Assembly (NCBI GenBank): GCA_964406815.1
Contig: CAYOTC010000004.1
Span: 1 to 62,342 of the forward strand
Direction: 5' to 3'
Source: an uncultured Bdellovibrionales bacterium
Lineage (GTDB): Bacteria; Patescibacteriota; Minisyncoccia; Moranbacterales; UBA2206
DNA length: 62,342 nt
Shown here: positions 48,960-58,194 of the stretch, piece by piece
How positions within the stretch are numbered: position 1 is the stretch's first letter
How the letters are laid out: every line of letters starts with the position of its first letter
Notes under the pieces: model-generated
The model's input: the letters and a program-made list of their open reading frames with translations, nothing else
Told to the model about the DNA's origin: nothing
Databases searched by the model: none
Position numbers and translations under genes: made by a program

Positions 48960-48995
48960 AGAGACTCAAAGTTAACATGCTTGGGTCTCTTTTTA
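48960..48995 (+). terminator. rho-independent terminator
   Basis: agagactc / gggtctct stem followed by TTTTT. An extra 7-bp hairpin aagccat/atggctt lies at 48924-48941. Confidence 0.65.
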
Positions 48996-49051
48996 ATTTC
49001 CGGAGCTATTATTTGGCTTATTTAAGATATGTTAATATTAGTTTGGGGTTA

Positions 49052-49080
49052 TTGACATAAAATCAATCTTGTGCTAGACT
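49052..49080 (+). promoter_or_regulatory. promoter TTGACA-17 nt-TAGACT
   Basis: Hexamers at 49052-49057 and 49075-49080. The hexamer pair is the same as at 35323-35351. Confidence 0.5.
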
Positions 49081-49107
49081 CCACAGTTAACTAAAGTAGT
49101 TGATTTT

Positions 49108-50118
49108 ATGGATAAAAATACTATATTTAAAAGAATAAGCGCGGTTGTGATTTTTGTTTTGATCGTATTCTTTTTTCTGCTTAACAGTCGGAGAACTTAT
49201 GTGACCGAAACGCAGATTTTAGTTTTGCCAAAAACTCAAATTACGGCGGAAAGCTATGGAAAGATTGTGGCGAATCTGGAAAATATTCTTAGCTCGATTT
49301 CTTTTTATGACAGTGTGGAAAAAAGTTTAGGAGAAAACAGCACAGAAGATCTTTCCAATTATGAAAGAAAAAAATTATGGAATTCACAAATAGAAATTGA
49401 GCAAATTGGAAAAAGCGGAGCCATAAACATCAAGACTTTTTCCAAAGGGGCTTTGGATTCATATGATCTCAATCAGATTGCGACAAGACAGGCGATACTC
49501 TCAATAGGACAATATTACAATATTAAAACCGATTTAGAAATCCGTATTGTGGAAAAGCAGATAACCAGAATAGCTACCTTTCGAAATATTTCGGTTATTA
49601 TCGGAGAAAGTATCATTTTCGGAATTATGGCTTATATCTTTATTTTCCTTGTTTTTCCTTGGTTTCTGATCAGAAATAAGGAAATTTCCAGAAAGAAAGA
49701 AATGAAGCTTTTTCTGAGGGATGATTTAAGACAGTCATACGCGGGCAAATTTCCCAGAACAATTTTTCCGGAATATCAATATGAATTTTCAAATAAGAAA
49801 GAAGAGAAAAAACCTGAAGTGAAAATTGAGACCGAGAAAAAAAATGAAAAAATTATCAGTGAAAAAAAGGAAGAAATTAGGAAAGAAAAAATTATTAAAA
49901 TAGAAAGAATACCAAAAGCGGAAGAGGTATCAAATTTCAATAAAAAATCCGCTTCGCCGAGTAATCTTCCTGTTTCAGAAGGAATTCCAGACTTTCTATT
50001 TTCAAGCGAGTCGGTTGAAGAAAAAAATGAAGAGAAGAAAAATGAAAATAATCTAAAAAGAGAAGCTAGTCCGGAAGAGGTAAAGGAGAGACTTAATAAG
50101 CTTTTACGCGGAGAGTAA
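49108..50118 (+). CDS. PCP/Wzz-like bitopic protein with a long K/E-rich C-terminal tail
   Basis: 336 aa. TM1 is followed by RRTYVTETQILVLPK, a Wzz-like motif. A second TM lies around residues 160-185. The tail is low-complexity and K/E-rich. Confidence 0.5.
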   Translation: MDKNTIFKRISAVVIFVLIVFFFLLNSRRTYVTETQILVLPKTQITAESYGKIVANLENILSSISFYDSVEKSLGENSTEDLSNYERKKLWNSQIEIEQIGKSGAINIKTFSKGALDSYDLNQIATRQAILSIGQYYNIKTDLEIRIVEKQITRIATFRNISVIIGESIIFGIMAYIFIFLVFPWFLIRNKEISRKKEMKLFLRDDLRQSYAGKFPRTIFPEYQYEFSNKKEEKKPEVKIETEKKNEKIISEKKEEIRKEKIIKIERIPKAEEVSNFNKKSASPSNLPVSEGIPDFLFSSESVEEKNEEKKNENNLKREASPEEVKERLNKLLRGE

Positions 50119-50125
50119 ACCGATA

Positions 50126-50154
50126 TTGACAAATAATTAAAAATGTAGTAAAAT
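50126..50154 (+). promoter_or_regulatory. promoter TTGACA-17 nt-TAAAAT
   Basis: Hexamers at 50126-50131 and 50149-50154. Confidence 0.45.
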
Positions 50155-50221
50155 TGAGTGTTAATTAAGTTTATTATAATTAACTATATTAAGCCTCTGT
50201 GGCTTAATATAAGGAAAAAAT

Positions 50222-51157
50222 ATGAAATATTTAAGCCAAATCAACTGGAAAAAGGCAATAATTGCCGCAGTTGTGCTTGCAGTAGCCGTCCCGTTTTTAA
50301 CAAACGCCGGCAACAGCAAGAAGATTTATGTGGATGACAGCGCCAAAGGAACGCAAAACGGCACATCCAGTCATCCGTATAAGAGTATTACGAAAGCTCT
50401 TAAGAACGTAAAGAAAGGTGGAGAGGTTTATGTCAGAAAGGGAACTTATAAGGAAAATATTATTGTTCCTGAGGGCGTGGAAATAATCGGAGCTGATAAG
50501 GAAAAAGTTACTATTGAAGCAAAAGACAAAAATGGCTCAGTGGTAATTCTTAAAGGCAAAGCTTCTTTGACAGAATTGACTATAAAGGGTGGAAGCTATG
50601 GAGTCAAGATTAGCGAAGGAGGACGCGTTAAAATCTCTAATTGTAAAATTAAGAATAATAAGAAAAACGGTATTGATATTAAAGGAGGAAATGTCGGGGA
50701 GGAAAGAAAAGTCAGTATAACCGACTCCGATATCGAAGATAATGGAGGAAATGGTATCTATTCTCAAGCAAGAAATTTGACCATTATGAATAGCGAAATT
50801 GAGAATAATAAAATACATGGAGTCCAATTGGAAAAAGGTGTGAAGGCCTGGATTGAAAAGACTTCTTTCGACAAAAATTATAAAGATGGCTTAAATGTAA
50901 AGATTGGAAATTCTAAGATTTACACCAATAAACTTACTTTCACGGCTAACAGGAGAAATGGAGTGGAAGTAGTTGGAGAAGGAATTTCTGGAAGAGTCGA
51001 CCTGAAAAGAGCGACAATGACCAAGAATTCCGGTTATGCAGTCACTAAGGTTATAATCGGAAATGCAGTCCAAAATTGGAGCGGGCTTTCTATGGATGGT
51101 AATACTAAATTCATAGGAAACGTCAAAGGAACAATTTCTCCGATAATTAAGAATTAG
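50222..51157 (+). CDS. secreted or anchored right-handed parallel beta-helix repeat protein
   Basis: 311 aa. Signal or anchor sequence, then repeated roughly 22-aa units (I.N..I..N..NGI.I...) typical of pectin-lyase-fold/NosD-like proteins. Confidence 0.65.
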   Translation: MKYLSQINWKKAIIAAVVLAVAVPFLTNAGNSKKIYVDDSAKGTQNGTSSHPYKSITKALKNVKKGGEVYVRKGTYKENIIVPEGVEIIGADKEKVTIEAKDKNGSVVILKGKASLTELTIKGGSYGVKISEGGRVKISNCKIKNNKKNGIDIKGGNVGEERKVSITDSDIEDNGGNGIYSQARNLTIMNSEIENNKIHGVQLEKGVKAWIEKTSFDKNYKDGLNVKIGNSKIYTNKLTFTANRRNGVEVVGEGISGRVDLKRATMTKNSGYAVTKVIIGNAVQNWSGLSMDGNTKFIGNVKGTISPIIKN

Positions 51158-51451
51158 TCATTTTTATAGATAGCGGAAATACGGACGGGTTGGATTATTA
51201 TCCAGCCCGACCGAAATCCGCAAAAAGAAGTAGCGAGGTTTTACCGAAGAATTGAAAATAATTCGATTCTTCAGAAGAACAAAGCTGAACAAAAAGATCT
51301 TTAACAAAATTTTCAATCACTAACTTTGGAATCAGATTGATTTCAGGGTTGGTGATTGAAATAGATATTAACTCCCATTTTATGCGTTTTTCACGCATTA
51401 ATTATGGGGAAATAAAAATTTTTATATTCCCCGAAAAAGGGGAGGAGGAGA

Positions 51452-52264
51452 GTGAAAATGAGAAAGACAATAATAGTTTTAATGATAGTGATGTTTGGAA
51501 CTTTTGGGTGCGCAAGCGCTCAGAAGCAGGTTGTAACAGCTATTCCTGTTGTTTCAGAATCTAAGGCGACAGGAGAAAACTGGGGACCGGCACCTACCAA
51601 GGAAGAAGCTGACAACTGGTCTCCGGTCTATCAAACAGTGAAGCTGGTAGGAGACACTGAAAGAGTTAATACTCTTGAAAGTGTCATTACTTCCTACTGG
51701 GGAGTGAGAAACTTTGAAACCCAACCTGAAGCCAGTAAAGAAGTTATCGTTACCGGAATTGGAGGAACAAGAGCAATTCCAATTTCAGACAAACTTCTTG
51801 CCAACCTGAAAAAGGTCATTGGTAACAGGCTTGCTGGCGAGTCACTTAACAGTCTTTGTCCGACTCAGGCTGGACTTCTCAGGGAAGCCTTGGGCGATAT
51901 GAAAGCCTACCAGAAGGGCTCTTGTCCTGACGGTAGCTGCCAGTCAGCCCGGACACTCAAGAAATGCCAGGAGATTGGAAAGACGAGTGATGGCATCATT
52001 ATTCTTGTCTGCGATGCTCAAGGGAAACCCGAAGGCACTACAGCGGGAAAGTGGTGTTTCGCTCCAGAGCATGGTGGCTGGGTAAGGCAATTAATGATTT
52101 ATCTTACCTATGCACCAAACGAGAATGAGTATCAAAATCTCATTCCCTCTGAAAACGCTGGAGTTTGGAAACATCTGGAAGAAATTTCCAGTTGGAACCA
52201 GTTCCCATCAAATCCTAAGAGATGGGACTCCTGCAAGTATAAATCTTTTTCCCCTGGTGAATAA
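51452..52264 (+). CDS. Cys-rich secreted or lipoprotein-like protein, unknown function
   Basis: 270 aa. Very strong Shine-Dalgarno (GGGGAGGAGGAG). The start is GTG at 51452 or ATG at 51458. Signal peptide ends in a non-canonical lipobox-like FGC. Eight further Cys in the mature part. Confidence 0.6.
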   Translation: MKMRKTIIVLMIVMFGTFGCASAQKQVVTAIPVVSESKATGENWGPAPTKEEADNWSPVYQTVKLVGDTERVNTLESVITSYWGVRNFETQPEASKEVIVTGIGGTRAIPISDKLLANLKKVIGNRLAGESLNSLCPTQAGLLREALGDMKAYQKGSCPDGSCQSARTLKKCQEIGKTSDGIIILVCDAQGKPEGTTAGKWCFAPEHGGWVRQLMIYLTYAPNENEYQNLIPSENAGVWKHLEEISSWNQFPSNPKRWDSCKYKSFSPGE

Positions 52265-52286
52265 CAAAGGGAGGGATTCATGGGGT

Positions 52287-52329
52287 AAAAAACCGGCACA
52301 TCGATATTAATTCGATGGCGCCGGTTTTT
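52287..52329. terminator. bidirectional terminator between convergent genes
   Basis: aaaaaccggc...gccggttttt outer stem with a nested inner stem catcga/tcgatg. An A-run lies 5' and a T-run 3'. Confidence 0.7.
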
Positions 52330-52341
52330 AATTTCCTAAAA

Positions 52342-53604
52342 TTATTTCTTGCTGGTAAGTAAATTTTTGTAAGTGTCCATAAGTTCAGAATAAATCTTTT
52401 CCGGATCATGCATATTCAGGATGTTTTTCTGGCCTTCTTTTCCCATATTTTTCCTTTCCTCAGGCCTCATTTTGAGCATTTGGCTTATTTTATCGGAGAG
52501 GTCACTGAAATTTCCGGCTTCAAACACGAGGCCGGTTTTTTTGTCTATAATGGATTCTTTCGTTCCTCCAATATTAGAAACAATAGCTGGCCGGCCGAGC
52601 GATTGTGATTCAATAAGGGCCATCGGCGAATTTTCATACCAGACGGACGGAATAACGACAAATTTTGATTGTCTTATCATATCTTGCAATTCTTGACCTT
52701 CACGGAATCCCAAAAATTCAATCTCTTTTTTCATTCCATTTTCTTCTGATAATTTTTCCAGAACTTCTTTTTCTGGACCATGGCCGACAATGAATAATTT
52801 ATTATTTCCAAGTTTCCCGGAATCTTTAATTTTTTTTGTTGCCAAGATAAGATCGGCAATCCCTTTTTCTTTTGAAATTCTTCCAAAATACAAAAAGTAA
52901 TCTTTTTCCATTACTTCGTCAGACTCAATATTTTGGCTTAAATCAAAGAAATTTCTGACTACTTTTATTTTTTCTTCCGGTATTCCAAATTCTATACACT
53001 TATTTTTCATAAAATTGCTCGGAGCGATAAATAAATCTACTTTTTCGTATGATTTTTTTATCCTATGAAAATAAGCTTCGAGCATAGCGACAAAGCTGAC
53101 GGAATATGAATCTTTGAGACATTTTTTAAAAAGGCAATTATAATATTTTCCGCCTTTGCATTTTTCGCAAATATTATTTTTAGTAAAAAGTTTGTAATTC
53201 GGACAAATCAATTTAAAATCGTGCAAGGTATAGACGATTGGAATCTTATATTTTTTCAGTACAGGAATTATGGATGGGGTGATGTAGTGATAGATGTTGT
53301 GAATATGGGTGATGTCAGGACTTTCATCTTTTATCAGCCGTTCTATATTTTTTGCAGCCTCATTATTATTGATTGATTTTAACGCCAGTCTGATTTTATC
53401 GAAAAAACTCCCGGCTTTGTTAATATCGAAATGATTAATGAAATAATCCGAAGTAGATGCCGGTTCGTTCAAGGGATCTTTCATGGAAAAGATAAGAACA
53501 TCTTGATTTTTTTTCTTGAGAAATTTAACTGTCTCAAAGAGAACAGAAACAGATCCGCCGCCTCTTTTTTTGGTATAATATTTGCTTATCTGAAGTATTT
53601 TCAT
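52342..53604 (-). CDS. glycosyltransferase family 4
   Basis: 420 aa. MKILQISKYY..., C-terminal YENSPMALIESQSLGRPAIVSNIGG. Confidence 0.8.
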   Translation of the reverse strand: MKILQISKYYTKKRGGGSVSVLFETVKFLKKKNQDVLIFSMKDPLNEPASTSDYFINHFDINKAGSFFDKIRLALKSINNNEAAKNIERLIKDESPDITHIHNIYHYITPSIIPVLKKYKIPIVYTLHDFKLICPNYKLFTKNNICEKCKGGKYYNCLFKKCLKDSYSVSFVAMLEAYFHRIKKSYEKVDLFIAPSNFMKNKCIEFGIPEEKIKVVRNFFDLSQNIESDEVMEKDYFLYFGRISKEKGIADLILATKKIKDSGKLGNNKLFIVGHGPEKEVLEKLSEENGMKKEIEFLGFREGQELQDMIRQSKFVVIPSVWYENSPMALIESQSLGRPAIVSNIGGTKESIIDKKTGLVFEAGNFSDLSDKISQMLKMRPEERKNMGKEGQKNILNMHDPEKIYSELMDTYKNLLTSKK

Positions 53605-53651
53605 ATTTTTACCCTATTGCAATTGACCCTTAAATATACTATCTTTATATT

Positions 53652-55001
53652 ATGGAAAATCCCTTAATATCAAAAAAATTAAACGGAATATTGTTCATTT
53701 TTGGCCTGATTTTAATTCTGATTTATTCAATAATAACATACCAGAGCCTAGAAAGGGAAGTGGCTTTGTTGGGAGCGCTTGTTCTCGCTTCGATTTTTCT
53801 TAATAATCCCCGCTGGGGAACTTTATTGATTCTTGCTATTCGTCCCTCTATTGATCAAATGGGAGAAAGGCTCAAGATATTTTTTGGACAGAATCTTTCT
53901 TTTAGTTTTGCGGCAATCTTTGGAGTTTTTGTAATAATTCTTCTGGGAATATTTATTTTTTCAAATAGAGATATCTTTAAAAAAAACAATCTTCTAGCTT
54001 TTTGGGCATTATTTATTTTAATATCCAGTCTGAGTATTATTTGGTCTATTGATTATTTCCAGAGTATATATGAAATATTACGGATAGTTTCGATTTCTTT
54101 AATATTTTTTTCAGTTTATATTATTGCTAAAAAGGAAAATAGTTTTAATTTCATCTTTAAAGCTATTTTATTTTCGAGCATAATTCCTCTTATTTTCGCC
54201 ATTTTTCAACTTTTAACCGGATCAGGGCTTGGCGGAACTACTGGGATAGAAAGTCGAATATTTTCAACTTTTAGTCATCCAAATCATTTTGCTTCTTTTC
54301 TTCTTATTATTGCAGCGTCAATATTTTTTATAATTTATAAAGATAAGAAAATAAGGAACAATTTAGCCTTTTTGTTTTTAATGCTCGTGACAATGATTGT
54401 TTTCGTTGAGACATATTCAAGAGGTGCTTGGTTGGCTCTTCTGATTTTTTTTCTTATTATAGGGGTAGTAAAGTTTAAAAAAATAATTCCAATAATAATT
54501 TCTTCTTGTCTTCTGATTTTTTTTATTTTCGACACAGTGAGAGATAGAATCGAAGATGTTTATAATCCGCCTGCGGATAGTTCTATTGTTTGGCGTTTTG
54601 ATCAATGGGAAAGAATGGGAAAAATATTCAGGGAAAATTATTGGCAAGGAGTCGGAATTGGCAATGAAACTTTGGCTTTTGAAAGGGAATATGGATTTTA
54701 TGCAGGAAATCCTTATACTCATAATGATTATATCAGAATTGCGATGGAGTGTGGCGTATTCGGATTTTTGGCGTATATTATAATGATAGTTGCTTCATTT
54801 GTTTTTTTGATTAATAAATATATCAAAGAAAAGGACAGTGATTTTAAGAATTTTCATTTTTTTGTAATAGCTTTGTTTTTTTCAGTAGCTTTATTTGCAG
54901 TCAGTGATAATATTTTAAGACAAACATCAACGCAGTGGCTTTTATGGGCTCTTGTGGGAACTAGTTTGGGAATTTCAAAAAGAAATATTCCAGAAAAATA
55001 A
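53652..55001 (+). CDS. O-antigen ligase/polymerase-like (Wzy_C family) membrane protein
   Basis: 449 aa with more than 10 TM segments. ETYSRGAWLALLIFF and a periplasmic loop with HNDYIRIAMECG. Confidence 0.75.
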   Translation: MENPLISKKLNGILFIFGLILILIYSIITYQSLEREVALLGALVLASIFLNNPRWGTLLILAIRPSIDQMGERLKIFFGQNLSFSFAAIFGVFVIILLGIFIFSNRDIFKKNNLLAFWALFILISSLSIIWSIDYFQSIYEILRIVSISLIFFSVYIIAKKENSFNFIFKAILFSSIIPLIFAIFQLLTGSGLGGTTGIESRIFSTFSHPNHFASFLLIIAASIFFIIYKDKKIRNNLAFLFLMLVTMIVFVETYSRGAWLALLIFFLIIGVVKFKKIIPIIISSCLLIFFIFDTVRDRIEDVYNPPADSSIVWRFDQWERMGKIFRENYWQGVGIGNETLAFEREYGFYAGNPYTHNDYIRIAMECGVFGFLAYIIMIVASFVFLINKYIKEKDSDFKNFHFFVIALFFSVALFAVSDNILRQTSTQWLLWALVGTSLGISKRNIPEK

Positions 55002-55004
55002 TTT

Positions 55005-55034
55005 AAAAATCACCATGCTTGAATGGTGATTTTT
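55005..55034. terminator. bidirectional terminator between convergent genes
   Basis: 12-bp perfect stem aaaaatcaccat / atggtgattttt. Confidence 0.7.
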
Positions 55035-55063
55035 AAATAGATGGCTATTATTTTTTTTCAGTC

Positions 55064-55663
55064 TTATTTTTTGAAGAAATATAAATAAGCGATATATCCG
55101 AAAATTCCGACAATTAGGCCAAAAAATGAATTTATCCAGATATTTGGTCTGGCCGGGTTAGTTGTAACAGTCGGACCGTCAATTATATTTACTCCTATTT
55201 TTTCGTTTCCGCCATGATATTTAGAATTATCCTTTACGAAAACCTCAGCGATTCTTTCAGAAAGAAGTTTAACATAATTTCTGGAATCATCATAAACGCT
55301 AATTTGAATTATGCCAGTGTTGTTAATTTTATCTACTTTAACAGCTTTTTGCCATTCCTTTTTTCGGTCTTCTCGATTGGAGGAAAATTTCCCCTTAAGT
55401 TGATCAGAGCTAAGAACATTATCAATGAATGAATCGGTATAAACAGCTCTTGATAATATTTCACTTAGATATTCCGCTGACTTTGTGGCGGCAAAAGCAT
55501 CAACTTTATCTTCTTGCTTTTGGATTATGATAAGTCCAATATCAGATCGGTATTCTTGAGGCATAATAGTCGAGATGAAAAACATCAAAGACATCAATAT
55601 TATTCCAGAAGAAACAATTATTTTTTTATTAATTCTAATTATTGTCATTAAATCTTTATTCAT
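55064..55663 (-). CDS. short Wzz/PCP-like protein
   Basis: 199 aa. N- and C-terminal TM helices, and PQEYRSDIGLIIIQK after TM1. Confidence 0.5.
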   Translation of the reverse strand: MNKDLMTIIRINKKIIVSSGIILMSLMFFISTIMPQEYRSDIGLIIIQKQEDKVDAFAATKSAEYLSEILSRAVYTDSFIDNVLSSDQLKGKFSSNREDRKKEWQKAVKVDKINNTGIIQISVYDDSRNYVKLLSERIAEVFVKDNSKYHGGNEKIGVNIIDGPTVTTNPARPNIWINSFFGLIVGIFGYIAYLYFFKK

Positions 55664-55690
55664 ATTATTAATATTATCATATTTTACTAA

Positions 55691-56593
55691 TTAAGCGATA
55701 CGATAGCACAGTTGTCTTATTAATGAATTCTGGAATTTTATCCTTATTTCGCCATTGCGATTAATCTGTCTTATTTCCATATATCTGGTTTTGGCGCAAT
55801 AATCTTGCAGTGAATAGAAAAGCGCGATAATGAGTCCGTGTTTTCCATCCAAAAATCCAAATCGGAATATGTACATATAAAGGAATCTGAAGAGGGAAGT
55901 GCCTGGAATGAAAAACCAGATATCCTTGATTATTGATTTGAAATATAGCGGATTGGTGAAAAATTTATTCCAATTGATATTTATTCCGCGTTGGCTGACT
56001 TTGACCATATAATCAGCCTGATATTTCATATAACGGTTGAATTTTTCCATAAACTGGATTATATTCCGATCGCTATAATGGAGAATATCTCCTTTGATTT
56101 TGGCCATTTTTTCTTTTTCCAGAATAATATGGGCGTGGACATTGCGGTCCTCATAGCGACAAGTCTTTTTGAAAAGTCGGATATTGTAGAGAGGATAACG
56201 TCCTCCCCAACGCAGAAATTTTCCAAAAAAGAAATGCTTTCTGGCTATGCCATATCCTTCAAATTTTTCAATTTCATTTTTTTCAAAGAGATTCTCAATC
56301 GTTTTTTTAAGTTCCTGAGTTACAACTTCATCACTATCAAGAAGGAGTATCCATTCATTCTTTGCCTGAGGAATAGCCCAGTTTTTCTGTTTGGCGCTAT
56401 AAACATATTCATGTTTTAAAACTTTTGCTCCCAACGATTGAGCTATTTCACAAGTTTTGTCACTTGAAAATGAGTCTACCACTAAAATCTCATCCGCCCA
56501 AAGAACGGATTTTATCGACTTCTCTATGATATCCTCAACGTTATAGGTAGGAATAATAACAGTTAACTTGATTTTGTTCATAAATTTTTTCAT
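55691..56593 (-). CDS. glycosyltransferase family 2
   Basis: 300 aa. LTVIIPTYNVEDIIEKSI, VVDSFSSDKT, LLLDSDEVV (DxD). Confidence 0.8.
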   Translation of the reverse strand: MKKFMNKIKLTVIIPTYNVEDIIEKSIKSVLWADEILVVDSFSSDKTCEIAQSLGAKVLKHEYVYSAKQKNWAIPQAKNEWILLLDSDEVVTQELKKTIENLFEKNEIEKFEGYGIARKHFFFGKFLRWGGRYPLYNIRLFKKTCRYEDRNVHAHIILEKEKMAKIKGDILHYSDRNIIQFMEKFNRYMKYQADYMVKVSQRGININWNKFFTNPLYFKSIIKDIWFFIPGTSLFRFLYMYIFRFGFLDGKHGLIIALFYSLQDYCAKTRYMEIRQINRNGEIRIKFQNSLIRQLCYRIA

Positions 56594-56734
56594 TAATTCA
56601 ATAACTGTCCATTATATTACAAGAATCGAATTTTGTCAAGTGCGACTAAGTAAAGTCTTTTATAATTTTTTACTTTATATAAGCCATAATATTCAATGGT
56701 TCAATTTTTCTCTATAATAAGGGATTATTACTTC

Positions 56735-56763
56735 TTGACATTTTTTCAATTTTAAGCTATTAT
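56735..56763 (+). promoter_or_regulatory. promoter TTGACA-17 nt-TATTAT
   Basis: Hexamers at 56735-56740 and 56758-56763, in the divergent intergenic region. Confidence 0.5.
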
Positions 56764-56796
56764 CTTAAGTTAATATAATATTATAAGATTTTATTT

Positions 56797-58155
56797 ATGC
56801 AAAAATCAACTCGCAATTTTATTGTTTTTTGGGTAATAGCCATTATTCTTCTTTTAGGTTGGTTTGCTTTTTGGGAAATGAGGAATGGTCGGATATTTAA
56901 AACAATGGATTCCGTAATAGATTACGTTCCTCTTTCTCAGGATAAAAAAGATCAATATCAGGCATTGACTTATTTTGCCGATTATTTTCTTCAGAATGAT
57001 AATGTGGAGCGGACTTTTATGGTGCTTTTTCAAAACAGCATGGAGCTTAGGCCGGGCGGTGGTTTTATAGGATCTTTTGGAATATTAAAAATTAAAAATG
57101 GAAATGCTTCACTTTTGCAAGTACATGATTTGTCTAATTTTGACGGTCGTATTCCTGATACAATTACGCCTCCTTATCCTATGGAAGAATTTTTGCATAT
57201 CAAATCTTGGAAACTTCGCGACTCAAATTATTCCCCGGATTGGGCAAAAAATGCTGAAAAAGCGGAAGAATTTTATAGAATGGGAAACGGTCAAGAAAAT
57301 CTTGATGGAATAATCGGGATAAACAGCCATCTGCTTTCTTCAATTTTGGAAGTGACCGGGCCGATTACAGTAGAAGGATATCCCGGAAATTATGAAAGTG
57401 AAAACGCTATTTTAACCCTCGAACATCAAGTGGAAAGAGCTTATGCCGAACAAGGAATAACAAAAGGAGAAAGAAAAAGCATTATGCAACCTTTGGCGAA
57501 AGAAATTTCAAAAAGAGTGATTGCTATGTCCGGAACAGATAAGGTGAAGTTAGCCAGCGTTCTTATGAAAGATTTGAATCAGAAAGATATTCAGTTATAT
57601 TTTAAAGATAAAGAACTTCAATCTAAGGCGGAAGAAGCCGGTTGGTCCGGTGAGGTTAATTATGGTTGGAGAAATGATTATCTTCTCATGGTGGATGCCA
57701 ATCTGGGAGCTTATAAAAGCGATTATTATATGAAAAGATCTTTCGATTATTCTGTGGACCTTTCAAAAGAGGCTCCGATTGCCAAACTTAAAATTACCTA
57801 TAATCATACAGCTAAAGTCAAGGATTGGATGACGAATAATTATTTAACATATCTGCGGGTTTATGTTCCGAAAGGAAGCTGGCTTGTTAATTCTTCCAAT
57901 ACGAAAGAAATGAAATATGGGGAAGAATTTGGAAAGAAATACTTTGGTTCGGTTGTGGATGTGAAAATTGGAGAAGCGAAAACGGTTGAATTTGAATATG
58001 CTTTGCCATCTGGCATTAAAGACGAATATGATTTGCTTATTGAAAAACAGGCAGGAATCGAGAATCTACCCGGACATATTACGATTATCGATAAGGACGG
58101 AAAAGAGAGGGGCTATGATGTTAATATTGAAAAAGACTGGATTTTAGATAAATAG
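56797..58155 (+). CDS. DUF4012-like membrane-anchored protein
   Basis: 452 aa. TM anchor and the motif LFQNSMELRPGGGFIGSFG. Collinear with the C-terminal two thirds of the 978-aa protein at 30668..33604. Confidence 0.7.
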   Translation: MQKSTRNFIVFWVIAIILLLGWFAFWEMRNGRIFKTMDSVIDYVPLSQDKKDQYQALTYFADYFLQNDNVERTFMVLFQNSMELRPGGGFIGSFGILKIKNGNASLLQVHDLSNFDGRIPDTITPPYPMEEFLHIKSWKLRDSNYSPDWAKNAEKAEEFYRMGNGQENLDGIIGINSHLLSSILEVTGPITVEGYPGNYESENAILTLEHQVERAYAEQGITKGERKSIMQPLAKEISKRVIAMSGTDKVKLASVLMKDLNQKDIQLYFKDKELQSKAEEAGWSGEVNYGWRNDYLLMVDANLGAYKSDYYMKRSFDYSVDLSKEAPIAKLKITYNHTAKVKDWMTNNYLTYLRVYVPKGSWLVNSSNTKEMKYGEEFGKKYFGSVVDVKIGEAKTVEFEYALPSGIKDEYDLLIEKQAGIENLPGHITIIDKDGKERGYDVNIEKDWILDK

Positions 58156-58194
58156 ATTAAAATTAATAAGTTTTTTAACAATTTAATAGGGGCG

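Noticed and set aside
51198-51398. A 66-aa minus-strand ORF containing FFGKTSLLL that superficially resembles a P-loop.
   Set aside because: It lacks the GxxxxGK[ST] spacing and has no Shine-Dalgarno sequence. It overlaps strong hairpins and is more likely non-coding or a relic. The region is reported as a structured intergenic finding instead.
46894-52264. An apparent higher-GC island suggesting horizontal transfer of the envelope genes.
   Set aside because: My hand count of single 60-nt lines gives 31/60 G+C at 47161-47220, but also 31/60 at 12601-12660 in secA. Low-complexity membrane ORFs drop to 12/60 at 58201-58260. GC varies strongly with gene type across the window, so an island cannot be claimed without a proper sliding-window and codon-usage calculation. 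No flanking direct repeats, tRNA or integrase were seen.
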